Made by a program: the position numbers and the translations under genes
Assembly (NCBI GenBank): GCA_032718475.1
Contig: JAUCBJ010008121.1
Coordinates: 45,068 to 109,067 of the forward strand
Direction: 5' to 3'
DNA from: Nemertoderma westbladi
Lineage: Eukaryota > Animalia > Xenacoelomorpha
DNA: 64,000 nucleotides
The notes under the pieces: model-generated
What the model saw: only the letters and a program-made list of their open reading frames with translations
Told to the model about the DNA's origin: nothing
Database searches by the model: none
Part shown: piece after piece, positions 10,701 through 20,257 of the stretch
Layout: every line of letters starts with the position of its first letter
How positions within the stretch are numbered: the first letter of the stretch is position 1

Positions 10701-12849
10701 TAATAGGGTTCACTATAGGAGTTTCTACTTCGCTAGCAGTATAGATGCGTGTAGGCTCCACACCTTGCGCATGAGATACTTCAGACCTAACAGGTTGACA
10801 CATTGTTACAAGGGGTGGTGGTATACCCTTTTGTAAATTTACTAATTTATCACGTTCTAGCGCGATATTTTGCTGCACTTCCTGCAACTCTAACCTACTT
10901 TCCTTTACGGTTCCCTTTAACTGTTGAACAGTCCCTTCTAACTCTCGGACCTGTTGGGAGGAGCGCATTTGATTCTCCTCCATCTTTCCGAGGAGAATGT
11001 CCATCCCCCGCCGTCTCTCGTCTACCCAATCAACCGCCGAAACGGGATCCGCCAACGTTGTAGCGGGCGGACGAGGGACAACGGGCGACAAATCATGAAT
11101 ATTTCGCTCGGAGTCCAGGGCATGAACTGTCTCTTGGGCTGTTCTGCTGGGCACAGGTAGCTTAGTGCTGTGCAACGGGAATTGAGAGGTAGGTTCAGGG
11201 AGTACAGGTGTCTCTACGACCGAAAGGGTGGCTTCGGGAACAGACCTAACTATTTCGGGCTCATCTACTATAGTAGGGAGTCTCTCTATTGTAATTATTT
11301 GGTCTGTGGGTTCTGTACTACCTAAGTTGGTGTTATTTAGTTGCCTTCTAACAGCTGGAGGCAAATCAGGCAATTTTTGACGGTGGAATGTTCTTTTACG
11401 TCTGCTTAGGCGAGATCGATCTCCTCCGCCTTCAGTGTCGGTGGTATCGCCTTCCTCAGATGATGTATAACCCTGTCTTTTGGGAGTAGATCGATTCATC
11501 ATCTGCATATTACTAGCTGTTAACTGTTTATTAAAGTTGTCTTGTCTCTCTTGAAGATTTTCCAACTCTAGTTGGGCAGTCTCTTCAGACGCCTTTCGTT
11601 CTGCTTCTGCCACTGCAGCTGTCAAAGCCGCCTTTCTTTCTGCTTCTGCCACTGCAGCTGCCAAGGCTGCTATCTTTCTGTCTTCTATGCGTTTTTTCTT
11701 CACCCTTTCTTCTTGGTCTCTAGCGATGCGGAGTTGTTCATCGAATTTAGCTTGGTTCGCCGCTAACCTATCCACGTCTATGGCGTCAAGCACACGCTGT
11801 GCTCCTTCACTATTAGGGTTAAGTCCGTCCAACCTTCTCCTCAACTCTTCATCACCTACGAAACGCTGATAGTCTGACAGATAGATGTCAATGGCATCCC
11901 TCTTATGCGGTTTCTCTGCCGTCGCTTCACCTTCCACTTGGGAAAAAGTAGCGTCTGTTGATTCTCCATGGGTTGAGCGCTCCTCCAGCTGAGCTTTCCA
12001 CTGAGCTGTTCCTTGAACCTGGCGACTCACCCGTTGAAACCAAGTCTTTACGGCAACTTGCAACGACGTGTCTTGTCTTCTTTTAGAAGCCTCTTCAAAG
12101 GCTGATAATATTAGCCTGATTCGCAGAATTCTTTCTCTAACTTGATAAAGCAGTTGTCCCTGCTCTTGAGGTCCCTGAGGTTGTTGAAACAGTTGTTTTT
12201 CTACTCGCTCCATAGAGCTGAAGAATCCCTGTGCGTATCCGGCTGCGGACCTCTTCCACACAGCTGGATCGATGGTTTCCTTGGCTACTCCCATCCTGTG
12301 TATGTCTTCCCAGGCAGCTTCTGATAAATCAAATGGGAGTCCGGGTCCGGGGAAGTTCCATTGCGACTCGACCATAGACTTCAGCTCTTCCCTTGTGTAT
12401 CCCTCATAACTATCTTTAGTTGCTCGCTTATTTCTCGCCCAATCGATCTGGTGTTCTTCCACCGCGATCAATAACCTAGTGAGTACGGCTGCAGGAAGGA
12501 TTAGAAGGGGATCCGAATAAACCGTATCCGCCATCTTTGCTCCGCGCTCGGGTGTCAGTTCTACAGTATCCTCACTACTGGAGCTGTTGGGCCGCTGAGA
12601 AATAAGTTCTTGGCTCGCGGGTGGTTGCTGTTCCGCTGCTTCTTGGTCCCGCTTGACCTGAGCTCGAGTGCCTATGATAGACCTACGATGTTGGACCAGC
12701 CTAGGTTCTGTTATTACTACTGGAGGGATGACCTTCCTCACAGTGGGAGGTGAACTGAACTTAGGACTAGACGGTTCTACACCTCTATCTGAGTCGCAGA
12801 TAGTTACATCTAATAAACTGTCTGACAGGTTCTGCTTAGTATCAGACAT
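4798..12849 (-). CDS. Bel/Pao Gag-Pol polyprotein, 2683 aa, uninterrupted
   Basis: Pao-type gag core (KFNGDEMKW...LSNGEKLRFL) and three Cys/His knuckles (CALCDGTH, CYNCLRQGH, CAKCGAKHHILLH). Protease LLDSGS, RT VRVVFDGS/YMDD, RNase H HVFGDAS, integrase HH-CC with DLFGP/SDKGTNF/WERL. Confidence 0.96.
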   Translation of the reverse strand: MSDTKQNLSDSLLDVTICDSDRGVEPSSPKFSSPPTVRKVIPPVVITEPRLVQHRRSIIGTRAQVKRDQEAAEQQPPASQELISQRPNSSSSEDTVELTPERGAKMADTVYSDPLLILPAAVLTRLLIAVEEHQIDWARNKRATKDSYEGYTREELKSMVESQWNFPGPGLPFDLSEAAWEDIHRMGVAKETIDPAVWKRSAAGYAQGFFSSMERVEKQLFQQPQGPQEQGQLLYQVRERILRIRLILSAFEEASKRRQDTSLQVAVKTWFQRVSRQVQGTAQWKAQLEERSTHGESTDATFSQVEGEATAEKPHKRDAIDIYLSDYQRFVGDEELRRRLDGLNPNSEGAQRVLDAIDVDRLAANQAKFDEQLRIARDQEERVKKKRIEDRKIAALAAAVAEAERKAALTAAVAEAERKASEETAQLELENLQERQDNFNKQLTASNMQMMNRSTPKRQGYTSSEEGDTTDTEGGGDRSRLSRRKRTFHRQKLPDLPPAVRRQLNNTNLGSTEPTDQIITIERLPTIVDEPEIVRSVPEATLSVVETPVLPEPTSQFPLHSTKLPVPSRTAQETVHALDSERNIHDLSPVVPRPPATTLADPVSAVDWVDERRRGMDILLGKMEENQMRSSQQVRELEGTVQQLKGTVKESRLELQEVQQNIALERDKLVNLQKGIPPPLVTMCQPVRSEVSHAQGVEPTRIYTASEVETPIVNPIKGNYRPVDNDIPYRPDHNPRNLYTDNSILNNTMSQESFTRQMARTEARQAVKVGEIVKFNGDEMKWLPFNEYYKDNIQNSVLSNGEKLRFLIECLEGSPKLMALKFIGHPDGLRQVWDTLNIRYGNRNNIAGYLYAKLVAPRKFISSGIIEFSDEIQEICRQLDWLGKSHEYQNTMVIRAVASTLPKGGVGTRWDKKVLYMMEQQRRDPTMADLMSFLDGEVKLQLLKLSREKTPENKVSEKPVSRRKVTPVCYTDDGESQTSQGEDSGKDTDRSYYVNKMPKDQVSKFKSRTNDRREQVRKTPPTSPTRIQVRKPEERASVHNVTQSKVSNIKPKCALCDGTHRFNMCDEFLKKSLTERREVMWDKRLCYNCLRQGHQRRTCYSDIRCAKCGAKHHILLHAEFDRNSPNQVSDSELHVQFSDVNDTDQSEMEGFYTDEFSDENESCYMINTAVYRALTYEKDTDSDFTLTTSDRQPLWKAPTSDVGIREFPVVQLRVHGPQKSYIVNALLDSGSTGTFIDKELAEDIFAGQPKFRTKLNMSGIMQVWKSTVTADYYVGALSTPQDELGEHSIRSVKMVAIKNFATTQADLYNWDEDESIQHLNIPRFQTDYPGVQILMGQNAHEALETLEKRPAQPQPLQTYAVRTRVGWYFTGPSRRTLRERLPQERVCQVSEWEDDASEGDDLTEGTPYSSDNDNVHQLFDEENTIDLLKENEAWQNQVNLCQLLYPSEREAYNDELNDVIERCNAKTRDEHAVRFFLQEAVEPNSYDKALSVEEERAKQIQETTTRFLKDQGRYEVGLPFRKREPKFINNRPLAEKRIAQLHRRLTANSSAKEMYQTQLEKFISKGYAEKVPEETPVTERTYYLTHHYVPKPGKPHEVRVVFDGSALYMGQSLNSELLPGPNLLQSLLGILLRLRQYSIAFASDIEGMFLQVKVLDRDRDSLRFLWWPEGDLNQKPVEYWMTIQAFGIISSPSNACSVVRATAEDNREAFSKEVIDNIKRDIYMDDNLKSLPSVEEAIEVAKGTVECLKRGGFRLTKFTSNSREFLESIPAEDRGAKDLDLIKDDLPETKTLGLKWDTERDILFFQLKQRDNPVRTKQICLSILSTYFDPLGFISPVILIARSLVQQMWLENHSWDDPLKGELLKKWMKWEDSLPAIEDFIISRSYFGHVLPTYSYQLHVFGDASDMGIGIVAYLRVETPDGIKVALVTSKALINNKLKVPRAELKAALYATAIGRNVTEQIDYPLEKTVYWTDALLVLEYITNEVCQFSVFVTNRVAIILSRTTMDQWRHCPGTINPADIASRGATPKELVNTPEWLGGPDFLYREEEEWPPHLTTAEIRQAKGAEKVKPKTRASKSKLFKPAVDLSVLFTSGEDALDQKPTATTKEVLEIRDKDWKSGIPDIAQGLSPLLQRAIRHYSSWNRLCKAVTYLKRCFHHRYSGTKTNSDDAPSTSARVHVVKDLPKYKISDRFLKEKISYQEHDETNKQMLRLLQCYEDSDKYFLLLRNPQMRLRDRFSSTMIDGLIRVGGRLTNAPLSFDTKFPILIRNLDIQIKMIVDVHSKLYHAGRERVLSEIRTRFYFYKPRRALNQVLRNCIPCRKAFSRPLTQREAELPRERVSFYEPPFTNTGVDLFGPIEVYRARTIVKRWCVIFVCMTCRAIHLDMVNDLSTNSFVLSLRRQIARFGTSNTMRSDKGTNFIGANNEIQAYVKDWNKRQVDDQLKITASSWTFNAADAPWWGGSWERLIRSVKTAFHFIVPCRAYLTDELLRTLMEEIAAYLNERPLMPVSSSPDSLEALTPAHFLLKKPVAMLPRSEITDGDEYCRRTWQLMQLLSRRFADHFEKHYLPTLQLRTKWFAQQENVSAGDMVLIVDPDLPRKRWQTGRIIETYISSDGLVRSVELVVMRRNFKKPGIVFETQQLNRPVGRLCLLERDRELSGNYGRQETLPTTTSLIQPTSRDSPT

Positions 12850-13969
12850 GTTTGTTTACACAGTTGAATGTCTACTGCTATATTACAGTCTAAGCAAGTC
12901 TAGTAATTCAGTGTTAACTGCTAGCCTAGTAATTAATTACCGATACTGCTACTCAGTGTAGCGTGATATATATATAATATTAGAATACCGGTATGTTTAT
13001 GGTATATATTAGTATTATTGCAGACTAGGTTTTTCACAGAAACCGGTATATAATTTTAGCACAAATATATATAAATATATAATAGGCCTATCGTGGATAC
13101 CGGTATGCAGTTTACACCTATAATGTATATATATAAGTATAATTACAGACTAGAATTAATTACAGAATACCGGTATGATTTCAGCACAAGTATATAAATA
13201 TATAATAGGCCTATCGTAAATACCGGTATATCAATTATTTTAAATAATTGAATTTCTGAATTTTAAGGGTTACTTGGTTACTTTAACTTACTTTATTACC
13301 GTTATTTAAGCAGTAGTCCAACTGATATTGAGACCTAATTGTTGTATGGCAGGCCTACTATTTATAAATCGTTTGAGTTGATTTATAATATATATATACC
13401 CGTTTAATGGGTTTTGTCAATGTTGAAATAAATGTTATTATTTCTGGGGAGTAATCACTACACAAAGCGGTGCGCTTTCAGTGAAGTGTTACTTATAGGA
13501 CACTAAAACAAATAATGCTAATTTACCTAAGTTACTTAATACTACAAATTACGTACAATTCGGGTGAGATTACAATCTCTAAATAAACACAAAAATTTAC
13601 AAAAAACACAAAATACGAAATTTCAGGGTAATTTTACAAGAAGTCTACAAACCAGTCTAACAAAGGGTTAGAATCTGGTTATTACAACGGACAGGTTACT
13701 ACGGTATTTGAAAATAATAAGTAGTAGTAAATACACTGCGCTGTCCAGATAGGAAAATACCACCGCCTGACGACCTATAGCCGTATCGCTATAGGTACTA
13801 CGTTATGTATCACGGAGTGTTCCTACCTAGAAGTTAATAGAGCTAATCGAACGTGCCTATCAACCACTTTACAACACAAATATAATGTCTACACTAATTA
13901 CTTTCGGAAAGCACTGTACACTAAACCCTAAATTAGGTACGAGTACTTGTACAACAGATAATCAGTAGT

Positions 13970-14294
13970 TAAATAAATTATTGCTATACGAATCCTATTT
14001 GTATACAATATATTTTATGATAGCATTCAGAGGATTAAACTATATAACACAATTCCTTAGTTAAAACCTGAAGTTTTGCAATACCATTTGTAAACGCAAG
14101 GTGGTGATATACAAATTCTATCACGCCGCAGTCACAAGCATACCGCGTGAATTGTATGTCTGATTGCCATCAGCTATTTAGCTACAGAACCAGCTCTGTA
14201 TCATTCAGCAGACAATATCCTTTAAGGATGAATTAATTTTTAAATAGCCTTTATCATTTGATATGAATCTGAGTAAAATAAATTATTTTACATT
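13970..14294 (+). repeat. Split direct repeat A1 (325 bp)
   Basis: Matches 20252-20576; two substitutions seen. Confidence 0.95.
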
Positions 14295-15933
14295 TCTGCA
14301 TTTTGTACCATAGCCTATGCCAGTATGCTACCATGGCATATGGCCTAACAGTCTGACATTCCAGCATTCAGACAGTTCTGCAGTTCCATCATGGACCAAT
14401 TACTGGTTCCCGTATACACGTAGGCATACCTCAGTACCTGCATACTGCTGTACTTCTTACTGCACAGGCAGAACTGCATACAGGACCATAGGACATCGCA
14501 TAGCTGGATGGGCCTACAGGTTTGCAAATGTAAACTACAATCAGATAATACCGTAATCAGGTAATACAGTAATAGCCTGCAGGGCCTAGGCGGCCTCCAC
14601 TGATATACTGACAGACTGACATACACCCACATAGCTGCACACATGAAATCCAGTAATCAGATGATGGATGACTCTGACGTCCCAACTCCCCGACCTCAAA
14701 GTAAATAGGCCCTACAGTACCCAGGCACCAGGTGGCCAAGTACCGGCTGACCGGTTATGTTTAGTTAAATTGCAACAATTCTGCATTACTACATTGGCTG
14801 ATTGGCAGTGCAACAGTAAGACGCCTAGCCAGACTCAGAGACTGCCAGATAGTGGCAGAATTGGCGCGTTGTATAGGCCTAGTTTACTAGGCTGCTAGGT
14901 GCGGTTACGGTACCGGTACAGCGGTACCTACCTCAGTCAGTCAATAACTACAATCCTGCAATATATCTGTAGGCGGTAGCCCTATCGTATAGGTCTACTA
15001 TTTATATATTTTGTGTATAATCCTACAGGCGTCACCTGCAATTGCGGGAAGGCATTCAGCCAGTAGTTGTTTATTGTTATTATACACACATTAACATATT
15101 CAGATATTATAATATCATGCAGTACCAGTATGTATATTAACGGTATTTATATTGGTTTAATAACCTACAGGCGTCACCTGATGCATTAACAGGATGACAT
15201 TCAGCCAGTAGAGGCAGTTCATTTATTATAGGGCCTACACCGCCTACAGTTTATCAATCACCGCCACGCTGCCACGGCCTCAAGTTGCACTATAATATAT
15301 CTATATACTGATATATATACATTATACATATATAATATATTTATTATATTTACCGGTACAGGTATATATTCTTTATTTCAATATTATTGTTTAGAGATTT
15401 ACAAACCTACAGGCGTCACCTGCAATTGCAGGAAGGCATTCAGCCAGTAGGTGTGTCTTCGTTTATTCCTCGATATACGGTACCATAGCCTAATACCGTA
15501 TGGCAGTACCTGTATGGTTGGGCATTTCAGCACTTGGCTACTTGGTATCTATTAATTTTATATTTTGTTTTACCTATCAGTCTTTACAGCTTTAGAATAG
15601 ACGTTATTATACTGTTATATTCAGTTATATAGGGCCTACATGATATAGCAGTATAGGTACGCTGAGTTGGTAGTCTGGATCATCCATCATCTGGTGACAA
15701 TCACGAAATAACACAATACATACAGATATCGTTCTACAATACAGCAATTAGCTGAATACAGGAATAGGACGCGATCAATTAACTATCACATTTAGTATGT
15801 ATTTAATATGTATGTATGAATTGTGTCTATGCAGTAGGCATGCAATACTAATAGGTACCGTCTGACCGTGATATAAAGCTTATGATATACTGGTACCGAT
15901 ATACTCATTATTACATATATATATATATGCTTT

Positions 15934-17514
15934 ATGGCTCCAAAGAAGAAGAAAGTAGGCCTACTGGTTTCCGGTAGTAGCCAAAGAGTTAAACAGACCC
16001 ACACCACCAATCCCCGGGTAATTTCTGCTCGCCCTCGAATTCGTACAAGATCAACAACGAAAAGTACATCATCTGCGATTTCGGTTGCAAATAATTCTCT
16101 ACCAGAATCAGCCCCTCCAGTACCAACTCAGCCTTCACTCAATATGGAATTTATCGGTAACAACCATGTCCAACCTACTAATCAAATGCCATCCACTACC
16201 GACATGTCCACCATTAGTTCTAGTAACACCATCACAGAATCGCTGCAAACACCAATTAATACATCTAATATTAATACTGCGAATACTTGTACAACTGGTC
16301 TGCCCCAACATTTACTTCATACACCACAACAATTTCCTTATCCGCAACATCAAATTCCTTATCCGCCGCAACAATTTCCTTATCCGCCACAACAACTTCC
16401 TTATCCGACACAACAATTCCCATACCCACCACCGCAAGGTTACACGTATAATCCATACGTTGCCCCTTATTCATACCCACCACCTCCAAACTCTAGTTGG
16501 ACCCCAGCAGCTGCTGCAATGCAAGTACCAAACAACTCCCTTACTCAGACCCTTCCAACTCAAATAGTAACAACGACATCTGCTTCTAGTCAAGTGCCTG
16601 CATTGACATCCATGGATATATCTGAAGCAGGGCAACAGATACAGCAACAAATAGCAGGTGAGTATAATAGCTATAGCGAACCATTCCTAGCAGTAGATTC
16701 GATGGTCCCAATGGAATTGAAAGAAAAGATTTGGGATCATAAGTATATTGAATTATCAGCGTTATTGAACAACCCCTCTATTCCCAAAACAAGGTCTAAG
16801 TTTCCACTGTCCATGTCATCCGATAATACAAGCCATGGTCAACCCCATCTTTACTATGAAATAGACTCAGTAAATGAGGACATCACTAGTTTCGAACAGT
16901 GGCTGATGGCTTGGAATATTTACTCATCAATATATGAAGAAAAGTATCCCACAGAGACGAAGAAACTCAGAAAGTCCGCGTCAATATTGAAAGATATTAA
17001 GGATAATGGTGGATCCTGGATGCTGTATGATGAGAAATTCCGACAATTCAAGCAAAACAATCCGAATAAATTCCACTGGGGTATCCCAATACAGGAGCTG
17101 TCTCTTATGGCATCGGGGCGAAAGTTACGAGACATAATAGTACCAACAGGTTATTGTATCAAGTTCCACACTGGTGATAAATGTACAGGAATTCTATGCG
17201 CGTTCAAACATTTATGTCCAAATTGCGGAGGATCACATCGGTTAATCAAATGCCCGCACCCAGTTCAAGAGACGATGAATAACTCCAGCAGAAATAGACA
17301 ACAGCCCTTTCCACACCCCGGTCCATCCCGAGGAAGACGCGGCCTCTCCTCATACACAGGCGGGGATCGGTATAACAACCAGCGTGGCCGCCGCAACTCC
17401 CAATACACCCCATTCCAACACTCTGGCAACAATAGGAAGGTCGGAGGCCCCATCCTCACAACTCCCAACTCCTATCAGTTGGGACCACCTACGCCATTGG
17501 CTAACCGGATATGA
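15934..17514 (+). CDS. Ngaro Gag-like protein (526 aa)
   Basis: NLS-like PKKKK start, P/Q/Y repeat, the KEKIW..KYIEL and W..YDEKFR motifs, and a C-terminal C3H/CCHC finger (CIKFH...C...C.FKHLCPNCGGSHRLIKC). Confidence 0.85.
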   Translation: MAPKKKKVGLLVSGSSQRVKQTHTTNPRVISARPRIRTRSTTKSTSSAISVANNSLPESAPPVPTQPSLNMEFIGNNHVQPTNQMPSTTDMSTISSSNTITESLQTPINTSNINTANTCTTGLPQHLLHTPQQFPYPQHQIPYPPQQFPYPPQQLPYPTQQFPYPPPQGYTYNPYVAPYSYPPPPNSSWTPAAAAMQVPNNSLTQTLPTQIVTTTSASSQVPALTSMDISEAGQQIQQQIAGEYNSYSEPFLAVDSMVPMELKEKIWDHKYIELSALLNNPSIPKTRSKFPLSMSSDNTSHGQPHLYYEIDSVNEDITSFEQWLMAWNIYSSIYEEKYPTETKKLRKSASILKDIKDNGGSWMLYDEKFRQFKQNNPNKFHWGIPIQELSLMASGRKLRDIIVPTGYCIKFHTGDKCTGILCAFKHLCPNCGGSHRLIKCPHPVQETMNNSSRNRQQPFPHPGPSRGRRGLSSYTGGDRYNNQRGRRNSQYTPFQHSGNNRKVGGPILTTPNSYQLGPPTPLANRI

Positions 17515-18319
17515 TCATTCTGAATATACATACTTAGAAGAAGGGTTTACACAAGGTTTTCGCCTACACTATCAAGGTCCTCCTTATATTACAACTTTTA
17601 CTAAAAACTCATTATCCGCAAAGGAGAAACCAGATATTATTGATAAAAAACTACGGAAAGAAACTGAGGAAGGTAGAATAGCCGGGCCATTCCATGCCCC
17701 TCCCTTCAAATACTACCATGTTAACCCCCTTGCTCTGCGACCTAAAAGGACTCTCAATGAATTTCGAATGATTCACGATTTATCCGCCCCCTATAATAAT
17801 CTTTCAGTTAATAGCAACATTAGTGAAACAGACTCTACATGCGAATATCATACAGTTCAGGATGCCATTGATATTATTTTAGAATTGGGCCCAGGGTGTT
17901 ATATGGCAAAAACTGATATTTGTTCGGCATTTAGATTAATTCCTATTTCTAAATTAGACCACCACTTAATGTGCATTCAATGGAAGGGTAAGTGGTATTA
18001 CGATATGTGTTTAGAGATGGGTGCCAGTTCTAGCTGTAAGATATTTGAAGCTTTCTCAACTAGTTTGGGTTGGATTGCCATACACAAGTTAGGCATTCTT
18101 TACATCATTCACGTGCTTGATGACTTTCTAATCCTAGCAAAAGGTTCACAGGAATGCAGCGCATGGTTGGACAGATTCATGCAGCTGTGTAAGGATATTG
18201 GAGTTCCTTTATCCCCTGAAAAAACCCAAGGACCTTCGCAGATTATGACCTTCCTAGGAATCGAGTTGGATACATTAAAATTGGAAGGATTAAAGCTCAG
18301 ACTTCTATCCATAACTTGA
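17384..18319 (+). CDS. Ngaro reverse transcriptase (pol part 1; frameshifted to RNase H near 18290)
   Basis: GRIAGPF, FRMIHDLS, AKTDICSAFR, MGASSS, HVLDDF, FLGIELDT. The usual connector after LDT looks shortened and the frame shifts. Confidence 0.9.
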   Translation: MAAATPNTPHSNTLATIGRSEAPSSQLPTPISWDHLRHWLTGYDHSEYTYLEEGFTQGFRLHYQGPPYITTFTKNSLSAKEKPDIIDKKLRKETEEGRIAGPFHAPPFKYYHVNPLALRPKRTLNEFRMIHDLSAPYNNLSVNSNISETDSTCEYHTVQDAIDIILELGPGCYMAKTDICSAFRLIPISKLDHHLMCIQWKGKWYYDMCLEMGASSSCKIFEAFSTSLGWIAIHKLGILYIIHVLDDFLILAKGSQECSAWLDRFMQLCKDIGVPLSPEKTQGPSQIMTFLGIELDTLKLEGLKLRLLSIT

Positions 18320-19038
18320 AGAAAAAGAAGTTTGTATCAAAACGTGATCTTCTCTCAATAGTGGGATTCCTCAACTTTGCATGCCAGGTTATTGTCCCGG
18401 GGCGTGCTTTTCTTCGAAGACTTATAGATCTTGCCTCATCAGTAAAGAAAATGTTTCATTTTGTGACACTAAAATCGTGGGCAAGGGCTGATCTAGAGGC
18501 TTGGGAACATTTCCTTGAAAACTATAATGGTTGCACTTTATTCCTGAACAAGAGTTGGACTGCAAACGCGACAATTGAATTGTTCACTGACGCTGCTCAA
18601 ACCAAAGGATATGGGGCAGTTTTTGGAACCCACTGGTTATACGGGGAATGGCCCAGTAGATGGAAAGAGTGCAATAATATATCTCTTCTAGAATTATATC
18701 CTATATACCTCGCACTGGAAATCTGGGGATATCAATTAGCCGGGCAAAAAATTATATTTCGAACTGATAATGAAGGCTTAGTTCCCATAATAAACAAGAA
18801 ATCCTCTAAGGACAAATCAATTATGATACTTATCCGCCGTATTGTCCTATTATCAATAAGTAATAACTTTATGTTTAGAGCAAACCACGTCCCTGGTGTT
18901 GAGAACACTAAATGTGATTTTCTATCTCGTTTACAGATCGATTCATTTATGGACATATCACCAAACTGCGACCCGGAACCAACATTAATACCGATTCCCC
19001 TACTACTGATGGACTCCTTCTTCGATACGCTAAATTAA
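18316..19038 (+). CDS. Ngaro RNase H (pol part 2)
   Basis: LFTDAA, GYGAVFG, ISLLELYPI, FRTDNE, HVPGVENTKCDFLSR are DIRS-type RNase H motifs. Confidence 0.9.
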   Translation: MKKKKFVSKRDLLSIVGFLNFACQVIVPGRAFLRRLIDLASSVKKMFHFVTLKSWARADLEAWEHFLENYNGCTLFLNKSWTANATIELFTDAAQTKGYGAVFGTHWLYGEWPSRWKECNNISLLELYPIYLALEIWGYQLAGQKIIFRTDNEGLVPIINKKSSKDKSIMILIRRIVLLSISNNFMFRANHVPGVENTKCDFLSRLQIDSFMDISPNCDPEPTLIPIPLLLMDSFFDTLN

Positions 19039-19907
19039 TCAATAACTCATGGGGAGAGAGCACTTTTGATTCATATTCACGAGTTTGGCTTAAACTACGT
19101 AACTTCTATAAGGACGTCATCGACATACAGTTCAAACTCCCGGTGGACGCCACTATATTGGGGTGCTTTATAGCTTTTCTTGACCAACAGGGTCTATCGA
19201 GGTCAACTATCCTCCATCACATTTCCGCTTTATCAATAGCTCACAAGTTATTAGAAATACCTGATCCTACCAAAAGCTACTTAATTGCGAGATGTATAGC
19301 AGGATTAGGGAAGAATAATTGCTACGATACGCGCTTACCGATAACTAAGCCAATTCTTAGTCGATTATTACAAGTTACGAGTATTATATTCCCGGACATA
19401 TATATGTCTTCATTGTTTAAAGCCATATTTTTAGTAGCGTTTTACGGCTTTATGCGCATTGGTGAATTATTCTCAGATAAGGAGTCCATAGAAGTACTCA
19501 AAATTAATGATATTCACTATTTATCTGACCTTATGTTAGAGATGGTTATTAAGAAATATAAGCACCAAAAACCTCCATATTTACCAGTGCACATTGAGAT
19601 TTCTGATAATGTTATGCATAAGCCAGTATCATCATTAAAACTCTACACGCAACAACGACCTCTTACCGGTAGTAATAATCTTTTTATTTGGCAATCCGGT
19701 AAACCTGTAACGAGACGAGCTTTTTTAACACATTTTCAGAAAGTAATCAAGTTTGCAAATTTACCTACACATTTATACAAATCACATAGCTTTCGTATAG
19801 GGGCAGCAACAGAAGCTGCTAAAGAAGGTTTATCTGATGCTCAAATACGGTTGAGAGGTCGTTGGAATTCCAATGCATTTTTAAAATATATACGTCCTTC
19901 TACTTAG
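18937..19907 (+). CDS. Tyrosine recombinase; the frame is open well upstream of the track's GTG at 19143
   Basis: GFMRIGE, HSFRIGAAT, GRWNS, KYIR give the R-HxxR-W-Y catalytic set. There is no stop and no ATG between 18939 and 19143. Confidence 0.9.
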
Positions 19908-20092
19908 TGATATATATTTAGCATGTTGTATTGTTTAAATTGTATATTATTTTTTCTATGGAGATGTGAATGCGGGCTAGAGATTTCCAAAATTATGTTA
20001 ATTAATCACCTTTGTTTTATGGACCACCATCGCCTCCAGTTGTTCTAGCTTTTGCTTGAGTGGGGCAACTCAAAGTTTAACTTCTCGTTCCG

Positions 20093-20257
20093 GGTATCTT
20101 TTAACCCACACTCTGTGAGATTTACTTGAATATATCATTATAATAAATATGTACCCCGTATTGACGGGGTAACATATCCCACTAAACTCTAATTTTTAAT
20201 CTCCCAAAGCGGAGCTTCACAAAGCTAGAACAATCATGGCGAATGCGGCCATAAATA
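20093..20257 (+). repeat. Split direct repeat B1
   Basis: Matches 20631-20786 apart from small indels. Confidence 0.9.

Noticed and set aside
18280-18330. Programmed frameshift between Ngaro RT and RNase H
   Set aside because: The connector appears to have lost several residues and no slippery site is evident. A small deletion or assembly error is more likely.
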